In this document: in pieces, positions 1-13,739 of the stretch
Layout of the letters: each line of letters starts with the position of its first letter
Position numbering within the stretch: position 1 is the first letter of the stretch
NCBI GenBank assembly: GCA_964016885.1
Contig: OZ024747.1
Span: 434,001-498,000, forward strand
Origin: Eledone cirrhosa
Taxonomy: Eukaryota
Direction of reading: 5' to 3'
Length of the DNA stretch: 64,000 nt
The notes under the pieces: model-generated
The model's input: only the letters and a program-made list of their open reading frames with translations
The model's database searches: none
Told to the model about the DNA's origin: nothing
Program-made: the position numbers and the translations under genes

Positions 1-712
1 GATGTTGACTTGTTCTTCTTTCTAGATGTCATCATTGTTCAGAGAGAAGGATTGGTCCAGTGCAAGGTATTACTTGATCTAAACAACTTTCACTTGTATT
101 GCATGAACATGACCTTTTCTTTTCTTTAAAAAGTCATGTTTGTGCCAGCCATGTGTGAGAAGGTCAAGGGTTGGCAATTCTTGTAACTTTGATGCAGCCA
201 TTATATATATATTATGTTATATTGGTTTAGTGAGTCAAACAATGGTTCATTCTCTACTGATCTTACTCTCAATGTGACTACATTCTGGAGATCCCTTCTC
301 ACCATGACCATCTCTTCTTTTACCAATTATTTTCCATCATCCCACCATCAAAAGTTTATCAAAACACAACTTCTCTTTTAAAGATTTCTCTGCAGTCTTT
401 TCTTTTTTTTTCTTTCAGGGTTGGCTAAACAGAACTTATGTAAGAGACTTTTGAACTGTGAGATTGTTATCTTGAGCAAGTATTACAGCTAGAGATGTTG
501 TATTAGGACTTGGTTAGGCCACATGTAATTTTGGCCTAGCCATCAACAGGGCATTATTTTTAACATTAGTAGTGTAGCTATTAAATGTCAGTGACAATAT
601 TTACTATATACAAACTCTCATATTAGTAGATTACTAGTATAACTAGTGTGAAGGTATACCTCAATATATAGCATACATAATGTGGGCTAGAGATGTTCAT
701 GGGGTTTGAATG

Positions 713-758
<46 letters not shown>

Positions 759-1102
759 CATCATCATCATCATCATTTCATTTTACGTCCGCTTTTTCCC
801 TGCTTGCAAGGGTGGGACGGGAACTGACTCTGGCTTGATTTCTACAGCTGAATGCCCTTCCTAACACCAACCTCATTTACAGTGAGTGCTGGGTGCTTTT
901 TTGCCGTGGCACCTCCACGACCACTTTGCAGTGGAATGATAGGAACCCCAGTCCCTATCATCTCATTTCTACAGCTGAGTAAACTGGAGCAATGTGAAAT
1001 AAAGTGTCTTGCTCAAGGAAACAACACATCACCCGGTCTGAGAATTGAACTCACAACCTTTCGATTGCAAGGCCAATGCTCTAACCACTAAGCCATGTGC
1101 CT
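759..1102 (-). mobile_element. tRNA-derived SINE, family B (RTE-type tail)
   Basis: A box TGGCTTAGTGG, B box GTTCAATTC, CCTTGAGCAAGACACTT body, RTE tail, (GAT)n; four near-complete copies in the window. Confidence 0.88.
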
Positions 1103-1399
1103 TCATGTATATATATATATATAATAAATTTATATATATATATATATAATACCTTCATATATATATATATATATATATAATAAATTTAGCGAGAATCGCA
1201 TTTCGGCGGGTAGAAATTAGCGAAACGCAACTTCCGTATTGTGTAGACAAGCGCTCCATGGATATGAAGATACCAGAGCTATAAACATAAGTTAAAAAGG
1301 TCATACAAACTGAGACGATGGTTAAGAAGCCATTAACCACCAGAGCCAAAAAAGCGAACAAGCTAAACGGGTCAAACAAAATAAGATATATATATATAT

Positions 1400-1733
1400 G
1401 GATGCACATGGCTTAATGGTTAGAGAATTGGCCTTGCAGTCGAAAGATTGTGAGTTCAATTCTCAGACTGGGTGATGTGTTGTTTCTTTGAGCAAGACAC
1501 TTTATTTCACATTGCTCCAGTTTATTCAGCTGTAGAAATGAGATGATAGGACTGGGGTCCTTATCATTCCACTGCAAAGTGGTCGTGGAGGTGCCATGGC
1601 AAAAAAGCACCCAGCACTCACTGTAAATGAGGTTGGTGTTAGGAAGGGCATCCAGCTGTAGAACCAGAATCAGTTCCCATCCCACCCTTGCAAGCAGGGA
1701 AAAAGCGGACGTAAAATGAAATGATGATGATGA
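1400..1733 (+). mobile_element. SINE family B
   Basis: Inverted copy of 759-1102. Confidence 0.88.
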
Positions 1734-3801
1734 TATATACGCAAAAGGCAAAGAGAAATAAAAAGCAAATGACAGTACAATACAGAAATATAGTATTAGT
1801 TTTACATTTGATATAGTAGTATATATATATATATCATCATTATCATCGTTGTCGTTTTACATCTGTTTTCCATGCTTGTATGTGTTGGATAGCTCTTTTC
1901 TAGCACAGCTGTCTGCCACTCATCATGGTCCTTCGTCATTTCCACTGTAGCTCTTTTCCATTAGGATTAGCACTATCCCCCATTATCAGAAACTGTATAT
2001 ACCAACCAGAAAAAAAAACTAATCATTAACCTTTTAATATTTTTAATTAGAAAAGGGTGGTGCATTGAAGACTCTTTTGAGGTCTGAGTTTGAGTCCCAT
2101 TGAGGTCAACTTTGACTTTCATCCTTACAAGTTGATAAAATAAAGTACACATCAAATACAGACACTGATATGATTGACTATACCCCTCCCCCATTGGTGA
2201 TTGAATGGAGACAATATAGGATAGAGAGGACTTGTCAGCCTGGCCAAACATACAACAACAACCCTTCTCATGTTGGTGCCATGATAAAATACACCTAGTA
2301 TACTCTGTAAAGTGGTTAACATTAGGAAGGGTGTCCAACCATAGAAGTTATGCCAAATAGGGAAGATATTTAGGTTCAGACTGTGACAGCCTGTCCAACC
2401 CATGCCAGTATGAAGAGCAAATGTAAAATGATGATGATGATGATGTTCTTATGTCAAAAATTCATATTTTTGATTACTTATTTTGGTGTTGGGTCAGCCT
2501 AAATTAAACAGATTAATGATGAAAGACATTCCAGCCATGACTATCCTGTCTTCTATATGCATGCAATCCAGGATCACATTATTCAACATCGTTTATATGA
2601 TGGTAAAGCACGATATGAGGGAGATTTATCTACTATTTTTAGTAGGTCAAGCAACCATATAGAGTCACTTTTGTTAGCTCAGTCTTAAGGGTAGAGTTAG
2701 ATAGCAAAATCAACAGTGCATTATATATATATATATTATTATTACAAATATATCTAGCATTTTTTGAAATTTTGGGATATATTTAAATTATGAAATTTTT
2801 TTAATTATAGAATTCTGTAATTCTGATACACATCTCTAGTAGATAGTCTTGTTTCTTGATCATTTATTTAGTTTTGTGAAAATATTCTAAAATTCCTCTT
2901 ACCAATTTCTCTTACTTTCTCTTCATAATTACTATCATGATCATAACCTTTTTTTTCTTGGTAAGAGACAGAGAATGCTAGAGAACGGGTCACAGGAGGC
3001 AGATAGCATTACTTTATATATGATGGTTATTTGTGATATATGTGGGCACCTGCTGGATGAATAAGCAACTACGGACCAACAGCAGTAAACGACTAGGGGA
3101 GATAGATCAATGGGTGACACATTTAGTTCCGAAGAAAACTCTCACAGAGAAAGAACAAATGACCCAACGACAGATTTTGAACATTGTCACTACCATTTTG
3201 AAGGTGACAATGTTACCAGCAAGCAAGAGCTAAATGATTCAACTTCTGTCTGTGTGTCAATTGCTCTTCTTTCTGTTTGAAATTGGTCTTATAGGTCTCT
3301 GTGTATATGACTCTAAAACCTGGCAGCTACAATATGGTGGTACAGATCATTGCTGTAAACTGTGGGTAGCAGACTCTGTGTGTGTTGGCAGCTTTGCAGT
3401 GTTTTGCTGCTTTGCTCAGATCACTTCAAAAGAACACAAGAAGTTTTTTCATTCAAATCCCACTATATGAACAGAAAATTGTTTAGCGATGTTCCAATCA
3501 GTCCCCTGGGTTGCAGGTGAAGGGCTGTTAGATAATGATTATTATTAAAGCAATAGAACCAACCACACTCTTTTTTCACCTTTTAACATAATAAATCTTT
3601 TAGCTTCTTTCCCAGCTCACAGAAAACTGAAAACTTGTTCTCAATATCTTTATTTGCCAAAGGAAATCATCTTTCAAATTATTTCTTCTCTTTTCATCAC
3701 TTTTCTTTTCATATTTTTATCTGTGGCATATTTGACTCTCTTCTCTGCCTTGCTCTCCTCACAGTCATTCTTTTTCTTTCTGTATGTTTCCTATCTCCAA
3801 T

Positions 3802-3896
<95 letters not shown>

Positions 3897-4152
3897 CACC
3901 TAGACTCTCCACCTCAGCCCTACTCTTGCAATCTGGACTACTTGCCTACTCTTTCCCGACTTTTTGAAATTTTTTTTTTTTTACTTTCGAAATTCCATTG
4001 TTTCTTTTTCTTCTTCCTAAGCCTGAAACTAATATGACATTGTGTCTTTGCATCTCTGTGTTTGTCTTGTCTATCCTTGAACTATATATATACATATATA
4101 TATTATTCAAAATATTAAGAAATGAAGATATTTACATAATCAAAATATATGC

Positions 4153-4217
4153 TTTATTATATATATTTCGAAGGTACTGTGTTGTTTTTTTTCCAGTACG
4201 TCCTCGTCAGATAAAAT
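4153..4217 (-). ncRNA. Hammerhead ribozyme, diverged member of the 8701 family
   Basis: tttat CTGACGA ggacgtactg…cagtaccttc GAAA tatata TA ataaa. Confidence 0.7.
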
Positions 4218-4284
4218 ATATGATTTGATATATGACATACCTCTACGGTCTTGATATTTCAATTCCAGTATTGGCAGTACTGGA

Positions 4285-4460
4285 ATTGAAATATCAAGAC
4301 GAAAAACATGGGCGGAGGTGGTGAGAACAGACCTCAGATCGCTGAAGCTCATGGTGGAGATGACGAAGGACCGTGACGAGTGAAGAGATGCTGTGCTGAA
4401 TAAGACGCGTCCCACCCTTGCAAGCAGGGAAGAGCGGACGTAAAATGATGATGATGATGA

Positions 4461-4463
<3 letters not shown>
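4285..4463 (+). mobile_element. Short RTE 3' end
   Basis: KTWAEVVRTDL…MTKDRD followed by the shared tail and (GAT)n. Confidence 0.8.
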
Positions 4464-4495
<32 letters not shown>

Positions 4496-4629
4496 ACACA
4501 GTTTAATCTTACCCACTGGACTACAGTAATATCTATACTCTACTTTCCTTAAGCATTGACTATCTACTTAGTTAAATAATAGTTTTACTGGTCTTAGTTA
4601 CATCTCATACATCTCTCCCTCTCTCTCAT

Positions 4630-5157
4630 GTATAAAAAAGTGCAGAGCGATTAAAATTGATGGAAGCTACAGAGTGGGTAGACCAAGAAAAACCTGGGAC
4701 AAGGTGATAAAAACTGACCTTGCTCACTTACACCTCTCTAAGACAATGTCACTGGATTGAGATCTTTGGTGCTATGCAGTTATACAGAAGACCCACCTTT
4801 CCTTACATATGAACTTAAAATTTACAGCCAGTAGGCACCTTTTAACCCAATATACACCCCGCCCCACACCTCCTACTCCATCTTCCCACTTCCGTCCACT
4901 GTAAAGTGGTCGTGTAGGTGACACGACAAAAAGCACCCAGTCCACACTGTAAAGTGGTCGTGTGGGAGACACAGTAAAAAGGATCCCAGTTCACACTGTA
5001 CATGTGGTTGGTGTTAGGTAGGGCATCCGGCTGTAGAAAACCTGCCAGAAACAGCTCTGTACGAGCGAGACATGGTTAACCAACCAATCTTGCCTCAAGT
5101 GGGACAAACCCGTCCAACCCATGCTAGCGTGGAAGATGGACATTAAATGATGATGAT
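4630..5157 (+). mobile_element. RTE 3' end (ORF end + 3' UTR)
   Basis: Matches 50440-51030. Confidence 0.85.
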
Positions 5158-5536
5158 ATATATATATATATAAACACAATGCCAATCTCTCAATGTATGT
5201 TTTTCTTGTTTATGCTGTATGCTTCCCTTTCTCTCTTTCTCTCTCTCTCCTTCAACATTTTCATATTTTCAAATCTACACCCTTACATTCAATCACAGTT
5301 TGATGACAGAAGACAATAAAAATAAATAAAACTATTAATAATTCCCTCCTATTTTTGAAAGAAAATAAACATAATATCTTGCAATTCAGCAATATTGAAA
5401 TGAAAACAAAAAGATTTTAAGATGGAAACACCATTTTTTAAATTCTTACTTCTACTTATAATATAACCCTTAACACTCATATATTATATTATATTATATC
5501 ATATTATATTATATTATATTGTATTATATTATACAA

Positions 5537-5722
5537 GGCGGTGGATTGGCAGTATCGGTAGAGGGTCGGACGCCATGCTTTCCAGCATAGTTACGTCCCT
5601 TTACGATCTGAGTTCAAATCCCGCCGAGGTTGACTTTGCCTTTCATCCTTACGGGGTCGATAAAATAAAGTACCATTAATGAACTGGGTAATTGCTGGCC
5701 TTGTGCCTAAAGTAGAAACAAT
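5537..5722 (+). mobile_element. tRNA-derived SINE, family A
   Basis: TGGCAGTATCGG A box, GAGTTCAAATCC B box, conserved body GCCTTTCATCCTTACGGGGTCGATAAAATAAAGTACC. Confidence 0.85.
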
Positions 5723-5988
5723 TATATTGTATTATATTATATCATATTATATTATATTATATTGTATTATATTATATATAAAAATTTATTCAATTTTTTC
5801 TTCTTAGTCCGTAGAAATTAACTAGCAAATAATCATTTAAATGGCGCTAAGTCTATAATGTAAGTTTGAAGAAAAAATAGATAAACGTTACCAAAAACTA
5901 TCCTACTATCGATAGTTTCGCTTGCACTTTGTGGAAATGCCTAATCGTTGCATTATCCATGAGGCTCCGAGCTTTTCAAGAGATTCCC

Positions 5989-6350
5989 TCATCATCATCA
6001 TCATCACCGTTTAACGTCTATCTTCCATGCTAGCATGGGTTTAGATGGGAATTGTCCTACTTGAGGTGAGATTGGTTGGGTGACCCAGTCTCGCTCGTAT
6101 AGGGCTGTCTGGCAGGTTTTCTACGGCTGGATGCACTTCCTAACACCAACCACGTTTACAGTGTGGACTGGGAGGTTTTTACCGTGTTACCTACACGGCC
6201 ACATTACAGCTTGGAATGTTTTTTTTTTGTCGTGACACCTACACGACCTCATTTATTTTGGACTGGATGTTGTGGTACCAGCATAACTTTACAAAGAAAG
6301 GGTGGTGTTGATGGGGGTGGGGGTGGGATGGAGTAGGGGTAGTGGATGGG
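5989..6350 (-). mobile_element. RTE 3' UTR fragment
   Basis: Reverse complement matches the 50670-51030 tail. Confidence 0.8.
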
Positions 6351-6479
6351 GTATATATCATATATATATATATTAGAAAAGGGAAGTAAGGTTCTATACA
6401 AAACAGTGGATATAGAGAAAAGGTGAAGTTGGAAATAGCATGGAAAATATATGGTCTTTCTTCCCGTGGTGCCTACACG

Positions 6480-6523
<44 letters not shown>

Positions 6524-6668
6524 GATGTTCTGACATAGTAGATTAGGTTTAGGGTTATATTGAATCATATACAAAATGTTCATGTATATAAACATTTTTG
6601 TAGCCTTGTTATGAATTTTAGAACTAGTAATTAATTTACCACTTCTAAAATTCATAACAAGGGAGAGC

Positions 6669-6712
6669 ACACTGATGGTGCCATTTCTGGTTCTTTAACC
6701 ATCATCAGAGGG
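6669..6712 (-). ncRNA. Minimal hammerhead-like motif
   Basis: ct CTGATGA tggtt aaag aacca GAAA tggcacca TC ag; perfect stem II, weak stem I. Confidence 0.55.
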
Positions 6713-6999
6713 GCTAACGCCTTCTTGGATGCTAGGACAAGATGAGAATAAGTTATATATATATATATATTTAAAGTCTAAAAGTGTGAAGTTTGTCTTG
6801 AGCCGGGAGGCTGGTGTTTATCCCAGTTTTCAGACTGAGAGTACAAGACTCCTATTTCATCACAGGGTTAAACTCCCATCCACTGCTGGTACTCATTTTC
6901 AGTTGAGTACACTGGAGCAACATGAAATTAATCAAACCCAAAACATTTTGATCGTAAATCCAATACACTTACCACAATTTTAATACACAACAAAATGAA

Positions 7000-7355
7000 G
7001 GCCCTGGTGATTCTAGCACTCAGCTTGTCCTTCGTGTTGTAGCTGGATCTGTTGGTCTCTCATTCTACTGTACTCAACTCAAAGAAGTTGAGGGGTTTCA
7101 GTCAGGCAAGTTGGGAGGCCAAATATCAGGTATAATATGGTCGAAGAAGTTCTCTGACAGCCAGGCTTGAGTCTTCAGTCTGGTATGGCAGGGCATCATG
7201 TCTAACTGCCACATGTATGGCATCCCTGTAGGGCACCATGTCTTGCTGCCACATGTATGGCATCCCTGTAGGGCACCATGTCCCTGCACAGTTGATCCAG
7301 GGCTTCTCCCTCAGAACACACATATCGATGTCATTATAATCAATATCTTCTGGCT
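7000..7355 (-). mobile_element. Tc1/mariner transposase relic
   Basis: QQD…PCHT..KTQAWLSENF..IWPPNLPD*NP resembles the WPPxSPDLNP motif; 40-bp internal tandem duplication. Confidence 0.7.
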
Positions 7356-8480
7356 ACTTTAACCATTTCATGGTCACATTTCTAATGAAATACACTCTAT
7401 TTGAATTAATTAATGAACAATTTTGAGGAATTTACTAAGATTATTAATTATTTCATTACTAAAATAATAACTTAAAAATAGGTGGTTTTATTTCATAGAA
7501 CCAGAGCCAGTTTTGGCCAGGTTGGTAACTAAAGGGTTAAATTGTTCACACTCACCAAAATCTTATACAACCAATCAATCAATCAATCTGGCTGTTTGTC
7601 TTATATTCTTGAATGTTTGTTTTTCTTCTCTTGTTTGTTTATATCTAATTACTAATAATGCTGCCTCAGTGTCATTTTAATTGTTTGTCATTTATTATTT
7701 TTATTATTTTGCTTGGCATTTTCTGACTCAACATTTAATCATGATAAAAAAAAAAGTCCATATGCTTTAGACCAATATGATAGTATTTAAGTTATGTCTA
7801 GTTTATATATATATATATATATATATTTACATATGCATATTTAATTATTATTCATTCATATACATTGCTTATAGTGTACGTATGTATATATGTTTGTGTG
7901 TGTGTATACATATATATATACAGAGAGAGAGAGAGACCAGAGATGTGTCATCTGTATGTGTCAACCAGGCAGCGCCTTCCAAAACTATAACTATTTACTT
8001 TAAAATATAAAATATTAATGCTATCAAATTCATTATAAAAGTTAAAATTGAATGCAGGAAATGTTTATCTTATATGAATACAATTTCCAGTTTAATTTAT
8101 TTTAGATACTAGACATAACCCTAGTAAAGCCATGTGGCCTGAGTTCAGCTCCATATTGCATTAAATATAGTTGTCATGATATCAGAAATTCAGCTACCTT
8201 TGCTTTGTATACAGAGAAGTACATTATTTACCATGTATGTATTTATATCAGATGGTTTTCAGTCTTGCTGCTATTACCTGGATATTTACCCATGGCACAT
8301 GATTCGTGTGTGTGTGTGTGCATGTCCCAAATAAATACTAATTGCACTTTATTTTCTTGGCTTCATTTTTAGATTCTTCTTTTATACTTTTGTTATTGTT
8401 TTTGTGATGATTTTTGTTTGTTTTTGTTATCTTTTTGCCTCATTGTTTTCACACTAATATATATATATATATAAATATAT

Positions 8481-8813
8481 ATATTAATTCAAAATATTAA
8501 CAAAATAGATATTCTTGTGATCAAGTATATTTTATTATACATATTTCAGAGGTACTGAGTTAACTTCAACAGTACGTCCTCATCAGATAAAATAAGATGA
8601 TGCATGACATACCCTGACATAGTAGATGGTTAAGATTCAGTCATGGTAGTTGACTGAATCTTAACCATCTACTATGTCAGGGTATATCATGCATCATCTT
8701 ATTTTATCTGATGAGGACGTACTGTTGAAGTTAACTCAGTACCTCTGAAATATGTATAATAAAATATACTTGATCACAAGAATATCTATTTTGTTAATAT
8801 TTTGAATTAATAT
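8481..8813. repeat. 333-bp palindrome (163-bp arms, 1 mismatch, 7-nt loop)
   Basis: 8481-8643 is the reverse complement of 8651-8813. Confidence 0.95.
8701..8765 (+). ncRNA. Minimal type I hammerhead ribozyme (mirror copy 8529-8593 on -)
   Basis: attttat CTGATGA ggacgtactg…cagtacctct GAAA tatgta TA ataaaat; 7-bp stem I, AUA triplet. Confidence 0.75.
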
Positions 8814-8931
8814 TAATAACTCTTGAAAACCATAACTGTTGAGTGCTTCCAATCTATTGTAAAATTCATTCTTTGATTTATTCATTGAACCTTGTTTAAC
8901 TTTTAAATATATAAATATATATATATATATA

Positions 8932-9204
8932 TATCACATTATAAACAGAGAATCAGTGGTGCGACAAATACAATTTATTAGACATATTACAATCGTTTCT
9001 CTGGCGACCAGCTCGAGACACAATTGATGCAATGATCAAACCTGACTCTAAAGTTGCAAGATCCTCAGATACGTCTCGATTCTACGAAGCAGAGTTTCCA
9101 AATGGAAACGATCATGCCTTGAGTTGGTCGCCAGAGAAACGATTGTAATATGAATAATAAATTTTATTCGTCGCACCACTGATTCTCTGTTTCTTATGTG
9201 ATAT
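8932..9204. repeat. Imperfect inverted repeat (~85-bp arms, ~100-bp spacer)
   Basis: aaacagagaatcagtggtgcgac…/…gtcgcaccactgattctctgttt. Confidence 0.85.
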
Positions 9205-9682
9205 TATACTCTGCTCTGTAAGAGCATCAAGTGCTCAAACGGCCTACCGCTTATGGATGCTTTAAGCATCCCACACCAATTATATATATATATATATGTA
9301 TATTAAAAAGAATGATGAAGTTTTGTTTACATGTATTTAGATTTTTATTGTGTATCAATATACACACACAGTGGAACATCGGTTCACAAACAATTTTTCT
9401 GAACATAAAACTTCTCGGTTCACGGACAGTGTCTCGAGTAACAAACACAAAAACTGGCAACAATGGTTGGCAACAAGCTTGGAGTATCATTGGGAAAACA
9501 TTTCTCTGCTGTATAGTTACTATAGTGATATCTACCTGTCTATCACACACTCACTCTCACTGAATTTCTCTCTCAACATTTCTAAAGGGGAAAATAGTTT
9601 AAGTTTACAAACATTTCAGATGACGAACAACCTTCAGAAATGAATTAAGTTTGTGAACCGAGGTTCTATTATATGTATGTAC

Positions 9683-9737
<55 letters not shown>

Positions 9738-10074
9738 ACTAAGACAGCTGATTGCCCTAATGCATCCAGATTACCATAAACACTAAGTTGAGAAATATGT
9801 GACAAAGAATTGATGGTAACATGGGGTTAGCTAATATTTGATGTTAATATTTTCAAAATTCTATGTAAATGAGGTGCTAAATTATTTTTGCTCTAGAGGT
9901 GAATATTACACCAGTTTCACTTTGGAGGTGAATATTACGCCAGTTTCACTTTTGTCAGGAAATTCATAATTCCTATTATTTTTTATATTTTGAATGAATA
10001 TGACCTTGAAAATGGTCAAAAATTGGTAAAATATCATTACATAGTGAATCTAAAGCAATTGGTGGTCTTAGTTG

Positions 10075-10114
<40 letters not shown>

Positions 10115-12542
10115 ATATATTAAATATACATACATATATGTATACATCCAACAATCAATACATACATATATATGTGTGTGTGTGTGTATTGCATACATAT
10201 ACACTCACACATTATGTATATATATATATATAATGTGTGTGTGTGTATATATGTGTATATATATATATTGCATACATTATATATTTAATGTGTGTGTGTG
10301 TATGTATATATATATTGCATACATATACACACACACATTGTATATTTAATGTTTGTGTGTGTATATATAAATATATATGTGTACACACATACATACACAT
10401 ATGGCTCTCTCAAGAATTTGTCATCTCTGTATTGAAGAAATCTTTTATATAATTACCAATCCTGGTAATATTATAAACAAAAAAAAAAGAAATATTTAAT
10501 TCTTGTTTGCATCAGTTCTCCAGAACATTTCACAATATTTACAATTTATAGAAAATACTGTATAAGTTGCCTATGTACAATATATATATCTTCGGTTGTT
10601 TTTTAAATACTTAATATTATCAGATTTATACATAGATATACTTATTGTTATCAAAATATATACATAGAAAGTTTTATCTTTTTATTAATATATAGACCAT
10701 ATTTACTATATGGTGCTCTGAAATCATATATGAATTTTTACTTATATTATAATGATAATATAAATTATAATTAATTAGTAGGCTAATCATTAGATCAAAC
10801 AATATATCTTCAAATAATTTGAATTCTTTAAATTACTAAACACTAGAGTTATTTTTTCCTTTGATAAAAGCTTGCTTACATTTCACCTATACAAGACATT
10901 CAAACTTTACATAAATGTTTAAATTTAAATATCTAACCTTATACAATAATAGATTATACACAATATTATACATCTTCTCTATAAAAATATATTTATTTTC
11001 ACATTCTTAAGCTATATATAGAAAATGCATATATATCTTCGCTCGGCATATCCTACCTGTTTTCATAAGTAAACAAAATCTATATTCCCACAACTATTTA
11101 TTTTTTAATAATGTTATACAATAATCTCTTATACTACAACACATTATAGTTATAATTTCACTCATCATAATATTGATATATACCTGTAAAATACATATAA
11201 TAGTATATATAAATACAGGGTATCTTTCACATATTAAATTAATAGTTCTCACCTAAATATTATAAATACTTCCACATTATAAAATTAAATAAATAAAAAT
11301 AAATATAATTATTTCATTCTTTCTATACCCATGTAAATATGTTTGGATGTATATATGCATATTTCTATTAATGTTCCTAAATTAACTTCAAATTTTTTTC
11401 AATTTCAATAGCAAACTTAAAAAAAAAATAATTTAGATAATTATTTAAAATCTATCTAGCGTCTAAACTTAATGATCCTTTTCAGTTTTAATGTTATCCT
11501 CATTAGCATATTTATCCTGAGTTTTGAATATTTATTCACTATCTTCAATGAACTTATAACATAAAGTTTATATGAAGATATGTCACTATCTTTAAACCAA
11601 ATATTGTATTTTATCTGACAAAAGCATACCAAAATATTGGTACCCTTGAAATATGTATAATAAAATAAATAAGGTTTTATAAAGATATTTTCCATTTATT
11701 AATATTATTGATATTAATTATACTCCAGAAAATCTATTGAGTGCTTCTAATCTGTTATAAATTAACTTTGTTGAATAATCAACAAAACAAATAACTCATT
11801 ATTTATATATATATATATACTCATACACACATACATATATGTATACAAACACTCACAAGATGCTATCAAGTGTCTGAGTAGCATAAGATTGTACAGGTCA
11901 ACAGAAATAAGTACACAGCTGTCAGTAGCCAGCCTACTGACTTTGCTAACAGTTTTGAAGCTATTTGTGTTTAATTATTACATGAGGTGTTGTTGTATTG
12001 GAACAGTTCTACAATGGTTATAACGGTTGACAAATGTCAGCAATAATATCAAACTTTTTAAATCTTGGCAAATCTTCTGAAACTCCTGAAATATTTAGAC
12101 TGCTTTTACTGAACATTCGTTAAGTTTTGAGTGGTATGTCCTTAGAATTTCATCTGTGAATTTACTTAAACCTTGGTGGAGCCCAGGTGCGTGTGGCCCC
12201 TCATACACAAAACAATTAGAATACACAGCAAACCATCCAATGTTAATATCAAAGTCAGCTTATCACAGGTAATTGGGATTGAACAGTTATATACAGGTGT
12301 TGAGTTAAAGAGAACAGCTGAGGAACAAATAAATTGCTAAGTCACTGCTGTCTCCACCCCTGCCACTGCTGGGGGTGTGGTGAAAATTAAAACTACTTTC
12401 ATATTGCAAACTTCTCTCATGTATGTAAATAATACACACACACGTATATATGTGAATATATGTGTGACATAGATATTTTCTGGAACAGTATCTTATTGTA
12501 TAGTAGTAAACTAACTATACACACACACATGTATATATATAT

Positions 12543-12876
12543 GGACCTGACACCCCACGGGTACAAGCCGAAGCTGAAGCATATAGACAATATGCCCCCA
12601 CACCCTCCCACTGCAAAGTGGTCGTGGAGGTGCCATGGCAAAAAAGCACCCAGCCCATACTGTAAAGTGGATATGGAGGTGCCACGGAAAAAAAGCACCC
12701 AGCACTCACTGTAAATGAGGTTGGTGTTAGGAAGGGCATCCAACTGTAGAAATCAAGCCAGAATCAGTTCCTGTATGAGCAAGACAAGGTCAGCCGACTG
12801 GACACTGCCCACAACAGGACAACCTGTCTATCCATGCTAGCGTGGAAGAACGGACGTAAAACGGTGATGATGATGA

Positions 12877-12880
<4 letters not shown>
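12543..12880 (+). mobile_element. RTE 3' UTR fragment
   Basis: Reverse complement of 43121-43440. Confidence 0.85.
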
Positions 12881-12917
<37 letters not shown>

Positions 12918-13234
12918 CATACATATATTTGGCACAGAAACAGAACAACTAAGTACAAAAAAAGAAAAAAGAGAATATCTACTGATTAATTAATTAATCA
13001 ATTAAAGTATATTTATTTATTATTTAATAATCGATTGATTGATCTTAATTTTTCATTGATTTTAATGAATTTCTCATTCTTTTTGGAACTTCCTCCGGCT
13101 TATATTTTACAGCTTCCTGAACATCATAGCATAACTGAGATGATGGTTAGTCTTGTATACTCTCCATCTTTGGCCCTTTCTACCATTTCTTCTTTAAATT
13201 GTCTGCTCTCATACTTCAATCATTGTGCTTTCCA

Positions 13235-13283
<49 letters not shown>

Positions 13284-13739
13284 ATAATTTGGCATATATG
13301 TTAATTCTTTTTCTCTATTTCTTTGTTTCTTTGTCTTCGTTTTCATTTTGTTCCATTTTTTTCAGTTTTGAAGTCGCTCCTAGCTTAATTCTTTTGGCAG
13401 CTGCTACTACTCCATCTATTTGTTGTTGTTACTATTGCTATTGTTGTTCTTATTATTATTATTGTCTTTTAGTTTGTTTATTATTATTATCATGTCCTCC
13501 ATCAGTATTGATCTTAGTTTTTGGTTTAATCAAGATATCAGACCACATCCAATGGTCTTAGTTCCTGGTTTAGTCAACATCAAACCACATCCAATGGTCT
13601 TAGCTATCATGACATTGTTTCCTTCTTTTCAGTTGCTATCCAATACCTTTTCTATTATCCTAACCATTCCAAGAAATCAAGGTTTCTGAGACATTTCTGC
13701 TGTAAGATTCAGTTTTAGGTTTATCATTACTATTATTAA

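Noticed and set aside
3033-3470. Two short ORFs in non-repetitive sequence
   Set aside because: No motif or splice support; possibly an old transposon relic, but not supportable
5537-5625. tRNA gene
   Set aside because: Only A/B boxes of a SINE head; no cloverleaf, and it continues into a repeated SINE body
13113-13145. Exon-like segment (tttacag…gttagt; LPEHHSITEMM)
   Set aside because: No resemblance to the expected SDR N-terminal sequence; short splice-like matches are common by chance
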